Source of the DNA: an uncultured Pseudomonadota bacterium
Lineage (GTDB): Bacteria; Pseudomonadota; Alphaproteobacteria; RUG11792
Assembly (NCBI GenBank): GCA_902769055.1
Contig: CACXNL010000003.1
Span: 20,693 to 84,692 of the forward strand
Length of the DNA stretch: 64,000 nt
Reading direction: 5' to 3'
Shown: one piece after another, positions 54,276 to 63,613 of the stretch
Layout: every line of letters starts with the position of its first letter
Numbering within the stretch: position 1 is the first letter of the stretch
Position numbers and translations under genes: made by a program
Notes under the pieces: generated by a model
Told to the model about the DNA's origin: nothing
Databases searched by the model: none
Seen by the model: only the letters and a program-made list of their open reading frames with translations

Positions 54276-55981
54276 TGGATTTTTCGGTGGATTTTAATAA
54301 AAATTTGCAAGAACTTAGAGACAAATTGGATGACCTTAATGCCGATGCAATGTTGGTTTCGATGAATAATTTCTTCGGAAATTTCGATTTAGACCACTCC
54401 GTTATTGCTGAAATTTCAGGGTTTACTGGCTCTAATGGGCGAGCGATAGTTTCGAGGAATAGGGCTATTTTGTCTGTGGATGGTCGTTATACAAAGCAAG
54501 CAGCTGAGCAAACGGATAATGCAATTTGGGAAATAAAAATGTATCCCGAATACGACACAAATGCGTTGGTTTCTGATGTTTTAAAGCCTAGGCAAACATT
54601 AGCAGTCGGTGCGTTTTCGATAACGTATAAGTCGTATCTATCCCTTCTTGAGGCTGCACGAAAGTCCAAGTTTGATGTAAAAATCTTAGATAAATTCCCG
54701 TTATTTGAACCGGCGACATCCTCGAAAACCATATATTTAATAGATAACGATAGGAAAAGCAGAATATCATGCATGCGAAATACTTTATCAAACGGAGAAG
54801 CGCTACTATTAACGGATAGCGCAATGATTGGTTGGACATTCGGTGTCAGGTGCGAGCCAAATGCCGATAAATGTGTGTTACCGAATTGTGTTGCTTTAAT
54901 AACACACGATAGGAAACCTATGCTATTTAGCGATTTGAAACCAGAAAACCAATGCGAAGACTTCAAATTCTCTGATATTTCCAAGTTTGAAGAAATTATG
55001 AAGGATTTGCCGAAGTCCGAAATTGTTTTGGATTACTCCAGGACAAACTTGTATTTTCCAGAAGTATTGCAACGAAATGGGTTTCTGATAAAGTCGTCGA
55101 AAACGGACTACGGTATGTTCGAGGCAATCAAAAGTGAAGCTGAAGTACAAAATATGAAAGTCGCTTGTGAAAAAGCGTCATTAGCTTTTATAAAGACTTT
55201 AGCGTTTGCTGAAAATGCCAAGCAGACGAGCGAAATTGAAATAGCTGACTTTTTCGAGAATGAACTGAAGAAGTACGATGATTTTGTTTCGCTGAGTTTC
55301 AATTCGATTTCAGCTTTCGGATTAAATACATCAATTGTTCACTATAATCCGCATACTCACGGTAATGCCGAAGTTGCGAATGATGGTTTGTTTTTATTTG
55401 ATGCCGGAGCTCATTTCAAAACTGCTACAACTGATATGACGCGGACGATTTATAGAGGCGCGCCAGGCTATGGGACAAAAAAGTTCTACACATCCGTACT
55501 GAAATCTGTTATCCTGTTCTCATCAGCGAGGTTTCCAGATAAGTCCAAGGCGTGTTCAATCGATGCGGTTGCCAGGTATTTTGTTTGGCAGTCGGGGAAC
55601 GATTACAAATTCGGCACTGGACACGGCGTGGGCAGTTTCGCGAATGTCCACGAGCATCCACGGATATCGTCGAGTTCGAACGAAGAAATCACGACAAATA
55701 TGGTCATTACGGTTGAGCCCGGGATTTACCGCGATGATTTTGGTATTCGTCTGGAAAATATGTTGCTGACGAAACCGGCTGAAATGCCTGGATTTATCGA
55801 GTTTGAAACCTTAAATTTCATACCATTTAGTCGCAAGCTGATTGATGTCGAGATGCTCAGCGATGCGGAGCGAGACTGGCTGAATGGTTACCACCAAAAG
55901 GTCTTCGACAAATTTGCCAATTGTTTGCGCGAAGACGATGTTACGTTTAATTGGCTTAAAGAAAATACGAGGAAATTATGA
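54275..55981 (+). CDS. pepP: Xaa-Pro aminopeptidase (M24B, long three-domain form)
   Basis: About 568 aa. Creatinase-like N-domains and M24 metal ligands (FDAGAHF..TDMTRT, GHGVGSF.NVHE, TVEPGIY, IRLEN). TGATG overlap with kdsA and ATGA overlap with pgk. Confidence 0.85.
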   Translation: MDFSVDFNKNLQELRDKLDDLNADAMLVSMNNFFGNFDLDHSVIAEISGFTGSNGRAIVSRNRAILSVDGRYTKQAAEQTDNAIWEIKMYPEYDTNALVSDVLKPRQTLAVGAFSITYKSYLSLLEAARKSKFDVKILDKFPLFEPATSSKTIYLIDNDRKSRISCMRNTLSNGEALLLTDSAMIGWTFGVRCEPNADKCVLPNCVALITHDRKPMLFSDLKPENQCEDFKFSDISKFEEIMKDLPKSEIVLDYSRTNLYFPEVLQRNGFLIKSSKTDYGMFEAIKSEAEVQNMKVACEKASLAFIKTLAFAENAKQTSEIEIADFFENELKKYDDFVSLSFNSISAFGLNTSIVHYNPHTHGNAEVANDGLFLFDAGAHFKTATTDMTRTIYRGAPGYGTKKFYTSVLKSVILFSSARFPDKSKACSIDAVARYFVWQSGNDYKFGTGHGVGSFANVHEHPRISSSSNEEITTNMVITVEPGIYRDDFGIRLENMLLTKPAEMPGFIEFETLNFIPFSRKLIDVEMLSDAERDWLNGYHQKVFDKFANCLREDDVTFNWLKENTRKL

Positions 55982-57147
55982 ATATAAAGAATTTTGACAA
56001 TTTTAAACAATTTGTTACTGCCAATGGATGCAAGCGCTGCATTATCCGCTGCGATTTGAATTTGCCGTCCGATATCGAGGACTTGTCGCGGGTATACGCT
56101 ATCAAAGATACCGTACTGTCCGTTGCGGGTATGGGGCTGCAGGTCATTTTGATTTCGCACTACAAGCGTCCGAAACCTGAGGATGTTGGTAATCCAAAGT
56201 TTTCGCTGGAGCAAATCGTGCCGAGTGTTGCAAAGGTGCTTGGGCGTGACGTCGCTTTTGAGAAGCGCTCTATTTTCGATATTGAGCCAAATGCGATTAC
56301 CGCACCCATAACGCTCCTGGAAAACTTGCGATTTTACGAAGGCGAGACCAAAAACGACGACGCACTGGCGGAGCGCCTGGCGCAGTTTGGCGATGTTTAT
56401 ATAAACGATGCGTTTTCGGTTTCGCACCGCGCGCATACCTCCGTCTGTGCGATAACCAAGCACCTACCATCGTTTGCTGGTCTGTCTATGATGCGGGAAA
56501 TCGAGGGGATAACGCAGGCTACCGAAAATATCAAGCGCCCGTATACGGCGATTATTGGCGGCGCCAAGGTTTCTACGAAAATCGATGTGCTGAAAAAGCT
56601 GTCTTTGGAGGCGGACTATTTGGTCGTAGCTGGTGCTATGGCAAATACGTTTCTGGCGGCGCAGGGTCACGATATGAAAAAGTCGCTGATAGAGCCGGAG
56701 CAATTCGATACTGCGCGTGAGATTATGGCAAACGCCAACGCCGAGATTGTTTTGCCGATCGATTTTTGGGTATCGCAGAATGTTGAGACGAATGGGGTAC
56801 ATTGCGATTTGGCAAACATTCCTGATGATTGCGGGTGTTTCGACATAGGCGAAAAATCAACCGCTCGTATATTGGAGATAATCGATAAGTCACACACATT
56901 GCTTTGGAACGGAACGCTGGGATTGTTCGAGTTCGCTAACTTTAACTACTCGACTGAGCGCGTGTCGAAGCGCGTCGCCGAGCGTACCAAAAACAACGGG
57001 CTTATATCCATTACGGGCGGCGGCGAGACCATAGCATCGCTGGGGAAATACAAGTCCGATATGACCTTCGTCTCGACGGCAGGCGGCGCATTCCTGGAGT
57101 ACATTGCTGGGTACGACTTGCCGGGCGACACCGCGTTAAAGGCATGA
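55978..57147 (+). CDS. pgk: Phosphoglycerate kinase
   Basis: 389 aa. RCDLNLP N-terminus, LENLRFYEGE, GGAKVSTKI, STAGGAFLEY. Confidence 0.93.
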   Translation: MNIKNFDNFKQFVTANGCKRCIIRCDLNLPSDIEDLSRVYAIKDTVLSVAGMGLQVILISHYKRPKPEDVGNPKFSLEQIVPSVAKVLGRDVAFEKRSIFDIEPNAITAPITLLENLRFYEGETKNDDALAERLAQFGDVYINDAFSVSHRAHTSVCAITKHLPSFAGLSMMREIEGITQATENIKRPYTAIIGGAKVSTKIDVLKKLSLEADYLVVAGAMANTFLAAQGHDMKKSLIEPEQFDTAREIMANANAEIVLPIDFWVSQNVETNGVHCDLANIPDDCGCFDIGEKSTARILEIIDKSHTLLWNGTLGLFEFANFNYSTERVSKRVAERTKNNGLISITGGGETIASLGKYKSDMTFVSTAGGAFLEYIAGYDLPGDTALKA

Positions 57148-57825
57148 GCCTATAGATTTTTCGAATTCAGCGAAAAACTCGTCTTTGGATAATCCCGGCT
57201 GTATCGCGCATTTAAAATCTAGATTTATAGTCCCGGGGATTTTCCGAAATGAGTTTCGCGCCCAATGCTCGCCGGAATTTACGTGTGCTGGTATTACTGA
57301 AATATTTAGAGATTTGTATAACGCATATATTCCGCTTTTATACTCAACGTGCTCATCAGCAGAAGCACGTGTTCCGTTCGGGAATATCAGTATCGATTTG
57401 CCATTTTTATACGACTCGCTACCGGATTTTAGCAGTGTTTTGATAGCTTTTATTGGCGACGAGCGATCAATTGGTATGCAGCCAAGCCGCTTGAAATAAA
57501 GCCCTGCTATCGGTTTGTCCAAGAGCTCTTTTTTAATTACAATTGCAAGATTATCGAACAATATCGAGAATATAAATGTCTCCCACGCAGATTGGTGATT
57601 ACAGCCAATTATAAATTGCCCCGCCGGAATGTTTTCGAGTCCGGATATTTTGTAATTCACCTTTGCGATATATTTTAGGCAAAATAAAAGCCACCTTGTT
57701 ACTGGGCGATAACTCAATTTCAACGTCATCTCAGTCGAGCAAAAGTATGTTATGGGATACATTGTAGCAATGTACAATATAAAAATTGTATAAAACACAA
57801 TATTAAATAAAATTGATCTAATCAT
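57136..57825 (-). CDS. plsC: 1-acyl-sn-glycerol-3-phosphate acyltransferase
   Basis: N-terminal TM helix, acyltransferase motifs CNHQSAWE (the Asp of the usual HX4D box reads Glu here) and FPNGTR. Met at 57825 is preferred (MIRSILFNIVFY). Confidence 0.85.
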   Translation of the reverse strand: MIRSILFNIVFYTIFILYIATMYPITYFCSTEMTLKLSYRPVTRWLLFCLKYIAKVNYKISGLENIPAGQFIIGCNHQSAWETFIFSILFDNLAIVIKKELLDKPIAGLYFKRLGCIPIDRSSPIKAIKTLLKSGSESYKNGKSILIFPNGTRASADEHVEYKSGIYALYKSLNISVIPAHVNSGEHWARNSFRKIPGTINLDFKCAIQPGLSKDEFFAEFEKSIGSCL

Positions 57826-58630
57826 TGTAATTCTCCATAAGATAGTTGTATAAAGTATTTTTACTAATTCCTGAATATTTGGACAAGGCAAAACTCAAAT
57901 CCTTTTTCGAAATTTTCCCGACAAGTTCACTAATAAGCGGTTGAAATTCAGCTATTTTATCGGTATCAGATATTTCAGGCGGTGAAAGCAAAATTACAAA
58001 TTCGCCTTTCGGTGTATTTTCCTTGAAATAAGAAATAACGTCGTCGAATGTTCCTCGAATAACCGTCTCATATATTTTTGTAATTTCTTTCACGACTGCG
58101 ACAGTTCTGTTTCGAAACACGGGCGACATTTCTTCAAGTGTTTTTACAACTCTACCAGGCGCTTCGTAAAATATAAGTGTTGAGTTAATCTTCGATAGTT
58201 CAGCGAACTTACTCGCGTCTGCAAATCCAGCAAACATAAATCTATCGCTTGGTAATCCAGAAAGAACCAATGCAGAAATTACTGCGGATGCGCCGGGCAC
58301 TACAGTATAAGGCAGTGAATTTTCAATACACGCATTGACTAATTTATATCCAGGGTCAGAAACCAATGGCGTTCCGGCATCTGAAATCAGGGCAAATGTT
58401 TTGCGCTGCAACGACATAAGCTCAATAATTTTCGGAATAATTTTAATGACATTATGGTCATTATACACCACTAGTGGCGTTTTTATATCAAAGTTTTGCA
58501 GTAATTTCGCAGAAACCCGAGTATCTTCGCAAAGAATATTATCAACACTCTTCAGAACCTCAAGAGCACGCAAGGATATGTCTTTCAGATTGCCTATCGG
58601 GGTTGAAACTACGTAAAGCGAAAAAAACAT
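57818..58630 (-). CDS. rsmI: 16S rRNA (cytidine1402-2'-O)-methyltransferase
   Basis: 270 aa, tetrapyrrole-methylase fold. LYVVSTPIGNLKDISLRALEVL, CEDTR, SDAGTPLVSDPG. Confidence 0.9.
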   Translation of the reverse strand: MFFSLYVVSTPIGNLKDISLRALEVLKSVDNILCEDTRVSAKLLQNFDIKTPLVVYNDHNVIKIIPKIIELMSLQRKTFALISDAGTPLVSDPGYKLVNACIENSLPYTVVPGASAVISALVLSGLPSDRFMFAGFADASKFAELSKINSTLIFYEAPGRVVKTLEEMSPVFRNRTVAVVKEITKIYETVIRGTFDDVISYFKENTPKGEFVILLSPPEISDTDKIAEFQPLISELVGKISKKDLSFALSKYSGISKNTLYNYLMENYND

Positions 58631-58703
58631 AAAATTTTATATATCTTGCACCAATAAGTTATGGGACATATAATATCACAAATAGCGTGTAGGACATTGT
58701 CAG

Positions 58704-60098
58704 ATGCGTGTAACTGTAGTTGGTGCTGGATATGTTGGGCTAGTTTCGGCTGCTAGCTTTGGGAAACTTGGATTTGACGTTTGTTTAACTGGTATCGATA
58801 CCAAAAAAATACGTGAAGCAAAAGCTGGAGTATTTCATACATATGAACCCGAGGTGCGGCGAGCTTTAAAAGAAGGCATTGAAGCAAAACATATTAGCAT
58901 TTCGGAAAACCTAGCTGATACTATGGTAGGTTCTGACGCTATCGTCGTGGCTGTATCCAGCGCGAAGACAGAAGGCGTAGATTCCGATTTATCTTTTTTG
59001 CTTGGTGCGATGAAAACTATCGCTACAGCTCTTACTCGCGATAAATACAGGGGGATTTTTGTAAAAACTAATGTGCCTGCTGGAACTTGCCGCGGTATAG
59101 CTGAAAACTTCAAATCCATGCGACCAGATCTAACACCGGGAACTCATTATGACATTATTGCCAATCCAGGATTTTTGAGAGAGGGGACTGGGATTAAGGA
59201 TTTTGTTACTCCGGAACGAATAATTATTGGTTTGGGGGAACAATCATCTAAAGCGCAAGAGTTAATTTCCAAGCTATATATGGCAGACATTTCCGATGCC
59301 CGTTTTATCATTACAAATTTTGAAACCGCTGAGCTTATCAGGTCAGTAATAACGAATTTTACAGCAATTGAAATGGCTTTTATAAATGAGATATCTGAAC
59401 TTTGCGATAAATTGGGGGCTGATATAAATGCGGTCATAAAAGCTGTTTCGCTGAAACAAAGTTCTGGAAGTAATTCATTACAGATCACTCCCGCTATAGG
59501 GGGGACATCTATTCCAAGAAATATGAGAATTTTAGTTGGTGTTGCCAAATCATTAGGTGTGAACCTGCAAGTTTTGGAGGGGGCTCTGCGAAGTAATACT
59601 GAGCGAATATCTAAAATAAAAACTAGAATTATAAATTTGATAAAAGATGAAAAAGAGATTGCATCCCAAAAAGTGTCAATATTTGGTTTAACATTTAAGC
59701 CAATGGTAAATGATGTTAGGGAGTCAGCAAGCATACTGGTTATTAAGGAACTTTTGGCTAGCGGCGTCTCGGTTTTTGCGTACGATCCAGCATTGAAGCC
59801 GGATTCAAAAGAACTATACAGGATACCCAGTTCTATTTTGGAGAATAAAAATTTTCACTTAGTGAACTCAGCGTACGACGCGGCAATTGAGAGCGATATA
59901 ATCGTTATTATGACGAATTGGGCAGAATTTTTGGCATTAGATTATAGTAAGATCTACGAACTTATGAATAAATCATCATCTAAAAAACCGGTAATATTGG
60001 ACTATCGCAATATGTTGCTTAACCTAGACCTCTCCAGCTTTGTGTACATTTCTCAAGGAGCAATTGTCACAAGAAATAAGAAAAATCTGGGGCGTTAA
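58704..60098 (+). CDS. UDP-glucose/GDP-mannose dehydrogenase family protein with apparently substituted catalytic residues
   Basis: 464 aa. Rossmann motif VVGAGYVGL and full three-domain length. The expected GG.C.PKD active-site motif reads GGTSIPRN, and the AE.IK..N helix reads AELIRSVITN. Confidence 0.8.
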   Translation: MRVTVVGAGYVGLVSAASFGKLGFDVCLTGIDTKKIREAKAGVFHTYEPEVRRALKEGIEAKHISISENLADTMVGSDAIVVAVSSAKTEGVDSDLSFLLGAMKTIATALTRDKYRGIFVKTNVPAGTCRGIAENFKSMRPDLTPGTHYDIIANPGFLREGTGIKDFVTPERIIIGLGEQSSKAQELISKLYMADISDARFIITNFETAELIRSVITNFTAIEMAFINEISELCDKLGADINAVIKAVSLKQSSGSNSLQITPAIGGTSIPRNMRILVGVAKSLGVNLQVLEGALRSNTERISKIKTRIINLIKDEKEIASQKVSIFGLTFKPMVNDVRESASILVIKELLASGVSVFAYDPALKPDSKELYRIPSSILENKNFHLVNSAYDAAIESDIIVIMTNWAEFLALDYSKIYELMNKSSSKKPVILDYRNMLLNLDLSSFVYISQGAIVTRNKKNLGR

Positions 60099-60174
60099 CA
60101 GAATATTAACGAAGTTGTCTTAAACTGATCTCAGTGAAGTTCGAGAGTTTACGCCCTGGAGGGAGATTTGTAGT

Positions 60175-61467
60175 ATGAAGAAGATGATGTCGATTATTAC
60201 TGGAACATTTTCTGCTTTTTTGCTCTTAAATACAGCAAAAAGCGTGTCGCTTGACGAGCCGGTTTCAAATGCAACGGAAGAAGTGTCTGAAGCGGTTACG
60301 TCTGACATACCTGAGGTGCCAGCTGAAGGCGTAATGAATGGCGAAATTGGAGGCGCGCAGGGGATAAATGTTTCATCGAACGAGGTACCACAAGTTACGA
60401 GCGCAGTAACGTCTTCTACTCCAGGTAACTCAAAGGCATCACCGAAAGTTAAAAAGGGTTCCTGGTGGGATGCAATACTGAAATTATTTAAAGTTACAGA
60501 GCCGAAGAGAACTTCTGAACAAGCGTTTAGCGATATGGTTCAAAATCAAAACGTCATCATCGATTTCAGCAATGTCACAGATTTTGCGCAAAACGGCGAT
60601 GCTAAGATGCTTGAATATTACCAAAAGTTAGTGTCAACGAAGGCGTTTGGGACAAAATCTCCGAATATATATGTAAATCTCTCCAATACGGGTGTTACTT
60701 CGGAATTTATCCAAAAATGGGCGACACAATTTAAAAATGACAAAAAAACTGTTATATGGAATCTTTCGGATAACAAAAATTTAGACGATAGTGTAGTAGA
60801 TGCGTTGGATTTTTCATCCATATACAGTTTAAATTTATCGGGGACATCAATTACTGATGCTGGAATTGCAAGAATTTCAGCGACTTTGGAAACAAACGGA
60901 ATAGGGAAATTGGTGTGCATTCATCTATCGGGTTCAAAAGTAACAGACACTGGAGTTGCATCACTAAAAGCGTCTATGCAGAAGGCGGTCGAGCTATGGA
61001 AAACGCAAAACCCTGGCAAGGATTATAAATTGCAAGGCGCCGATAACAGTGGGGTAGTGTTTGAAAAAATTCCAACTTTGCCTAACAAAGGAGTGAAGAA
61101 ACAGCAAGGCGGCGCTAATCAGTCTTCGGGTTCCGCGACTTCTGTTTCCATACCAAGTCCTGTAGCTGAAACTTCCATCCCTACTACAGATACTCAAGTC
61201 GCACAAGGGACAGCGAGCGAAGCTGAGGCGATAGTGCCGAGTACTCCGTCGAGTGAAACAGACAGCATGGCGGAAATGGAGGAGGCACTACCTACTGATA
61301 ATTCATTGTCAGATTCAACATTAACGACAGAAGCACCTCTAGTTAGCGAGACCCCCGCGGTCACTTCAAAATCAGTTGAAGAGGAAGCTAATACCGCGCT
61401 TAATGATGCTGATGCAATAATATCGTCAACAGCAAATCCTGATACTGTGCCTGCAACGCTGGAGTAG
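60175..61467 (+). CDS. Secreted leucine-rich-repeat (RNI-like) protein with Ser/Thr/Pro-rich flanks
   Basis: 430 aa. Signal peptide MKKMMSIITGTFSAFLLLNTAKS. LRR units (LSNTGVTSEFIQKWA, WNLSDNKNLDDSVVDAL, LNLSGTSITDAGIARI, IHLSGSKVTDTGVASL). S/T/P/A/E-rich tail. Confidence 0.7.
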   Translation: MKKMMSIITGTFSAFLLLNTAKSVSLDEPVSNATEEVSEAVTSDIPEVPAEGVMNGEIGGAQGINVSSNEVPQVTSAVTSSTPGNSKASPKVKKGSWWDAILKLFKVTEPKRTSEQAFSDMVQNQNVIIDFSNVTDFAQNGDAKMLEYYQKLVSTKAFGTKSPNIYVNLSNTGVTSEFIQKWATQFKNDKKTVIWNLSDNKNLDDSVVDALDFSSIYSLNLSGTSITDAGIARISATLETNGIGKLVCIHLSGSKVTDTGVASLKASMQKAVELWKTQNPGKDYKLQGADNSGVVFEKIPTLPNKGVKKQQGGANQSSGSATSVSIPSPVAETSIPTTDTQVAQGTASEAEAIVPSTPSSETDSMAEMEEALPTDNSLSDSTLTTEAPLVSETPAVTSKSVEEEANTALNDADAIISSTANPDTVPATLE

Positions 61468-61697
61468 TAACAAACAGAATGCCTTCTTTTATAATGGAGG
61501 CGTTTTTTTGTGCTTTAATTTTGCTAAGTTTTTCAAATTAAAAAGTAAAATCTGGGACGAAGAAATTCGTCAACATCAGGCTAATATTTTTTTTGCAAAA
61601 AGTGCTGCGAACTGCAATTGGAGCGATTTATCGTATCACTTTGTTCTCCGCAAGCAAAGAACGTATAATAAATTCCGTGAGATTTGAGGAATGGGTT

Positions 61698-62894
61698 ATG
61701 ATATACCTCGATTATGCAGCGACAACGCCGTGCGATACGGCAGTTCTTCAGGAAATGTTGCCGTATTTCAGTGAAGTTTTTGGAAATCCAAACTCATTGC
61801 ATAAGTTTGGTATGGACGCGAAGGATGCCCTAGATATTGCACGAAGCAGGATTGCAAATGCTATAAATTCAAATTTTAATGAGATTATATTTACAAGTGG
61901 CGCTACGGAATCTACTAATATTTCCGTAATAAGAACTATGAATGCCCTGCAAAAATCTGGTAAAAATAGATTTTTGACATTACCTACCGAGCATAAAGCG
62001 ACGTTAATGGTCGCGAATTATTTAAAAATGAATGGTTTTGATGTTGAATTTCTCGAAGTAAACCGCGAAGGAATACTGGAACTAGAAACATTAGAGAATG
62101 CACTGAGTGAACAAACTGGGATGTTGTCTGTATGTCATATAAATAATGAAACCGGAACAATGCAGGATATTCGTAAAATTATCGAAGTATGCCATAAATA
62201 CGGTGTTTTAGTTCACGTCGACGCAACGCAATCTCTCGGGAAAACCAAGATAGATGTCAGAGATTTTGATATCGATTTCTTAAGCGCGTCCGGACATAAG
62301 GTATATGCTCCAAAAGGCATTGGTATTTTATTTTGCAAAAAAGCGAATATGAAATATTTGCGAGTTCCGAAGGCTAATCCGGAAGTAGAGTTTGGAATAC
62401 GAGCGGGGACTGTACCCGTCGCACTTTGCGTTGGTATGGGAAAGGCTGTTGAGATCGCGAATAAAGATATAGACAAAAACTGGAACCATGCTGTAGAACT
62501 CAGGAAGTTGTTTATAGATGGGATAAAATCGCAATTAGACGAAATTTATATCAACGGTTCTGAAAAATCGAATTATCCCGGGATTATAAATATGAGCTTC
62601 AGGGGCTGCGAAGGTGAGGCGCTTATGATGGAGGCGAAGCGCATCGCGGTTTCATCCGGTTCTGCCTGTACTTCCAATGTCCTGTCGATTTCGCATGTTC
62701 TGGATGCTATGAAAGTGCCGGCGGATATTGCGCAGTCGTCGCTCAGAATATCGATTGGCAAGGATACGACCGCGGCTGATATGGAAATCGCCGTTGAGGA
62801 TTTGGTGAATGCAACGAAAAAACTTCGGAATATGAGCCCGGTTTGGGATATGATAAAAGCTGGAATTGACGTTGATAGCGTATTCAAACGGTAA
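61698..62894 (+). CDS. iscS: Cysteine desulfurase (IscS/NifS family)
   Basis: Start MIYLDYAATTP. PLP-lysine SASGHKVYAPKGIG and active-site loop SSGSACTS. The ORF-track start at 61593 adds 35 non-homologous residues. Confidence 0.9.
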   Translation: MIYLDYAATTPCDTAVLQEMLPYFSEVFGNPNSLHKFGMDAKDALDIARSRIANAINSNFNEIIFTSGATESTNISVIRTMNALQKSGKNRFLTLPTEHKATLMVANYLKMNGFDVEFLEVNREGILELETLENALSEQTGMLSVCHINNETGTMQDIRKIIEVCHKYGVLVHVDATQSLGKTKIDVRDFDIDFLSASGHKVYAPKGIGILFCKKANMKYLRVPKANPEVEFGIRAGTVPVALCVGMGKAVEIANKDIDKNWNHAVELRKLFIDGIKSQLDEIYINGSEKSNYPGIINMSFRGCEGEALMMEAKRIAVSSGSACTSNVLSISHVLDAMKVPADIAQSSLRISIGKDTTAADMEIAVEDLVNATKKLRNMSPVWDMIKAGIDVDSVFKR

Positions 62895-62905
62895 GAGGCG
62901 TGGTT

Positions 62906-63613
62906 ATGAAGTATAGTGAAAAGACGTTAGAGTATTACGAAAATATCAAGAATATGGGAATCCTGAATGAGGACTTGCCCAATGTTGGTACCGGTATTGT
63001 CGGGTCGCCGTTATGTGGCGATGTTATGAAGTTGCAGTTGAGTTTTGATACGGATGATAGAATACTCGATGCGAAATTTAAGGTATTCGGTTGCGTTTCT
63101 GCCATTGCGTCAATGGAAAAAGTGACGACTTTACTGAAAGGAATGAGTATAGATGAGGCTTTGCAGATAAAGAATGCCGATGTTGCGAATTCTCTCGAGT
63201 TGTCTGAAATAAAAAAGCATTGTTCGGTTTTGGCGAAAGAGGCGATAGAAGCAGCGGTAAAGAATTATCAAGCAAAGAAAAATAAGGAAACGGATATGAT
63301 AACGATAAGTGAAAAAGCGATTGTAAAAATGAAAGAGCTGATTGCGGAGAATAAAAGTGTTGGTATTTCAATTTCGGTAATTTCGGGCGGATGTTCGGGG
63401 ATAGACTATACGCTAGCGTATGAGGCAGAGGAAGATAAATCAAAGACAAAGATAGTCATAGATGGTATAAATTTTTATTACGATCCGGCACTGGAGCTTC
63501 TGATAAAAGGATTGGCGATAGATATTGTCGAGAATAGTTTTGGTCACGGCTTTGTGGTAACTAACAAAAATCACGTCGGTTGTGCTCACTGTGATGGCAG
63601 TTGCGGCAGATGA
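62906..63613 (+). CDS. Fe-S scaffold fusion: IscU/NifU N-terminal domain plus IscA/HesB domain
   Basis: Residues 1-125 carry the IscU ligands (GSPLCGDVMKL, FGCVSAIAS, KKHCSVLA). Residues ~132-235 are IscA-like (ITISEKAIVKMKELI, GGCSGIDY, C-terminal C..C...C). Confidence 0.8.
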   Translation: MKYSEKTLEYYENIKNMGILNEDLPNVGTGIVGSPLCGDVMKLQLSFDTDDRILDAKFKVFGCVSAIASMEKVTTLLKGMSIDEALQIKNADVANSLELSEIKKHCSVLAKEAIEAAVKNYQAKKNKETDMITISEKAIVKMKELIAENKSVGISISVISGGCSGIDYTLAYEAEEDKSKTKIVIDGINFYYDPALELLIKGLAIDIVENSFGHGFVVTNKNHVGCAHCDGSCGR

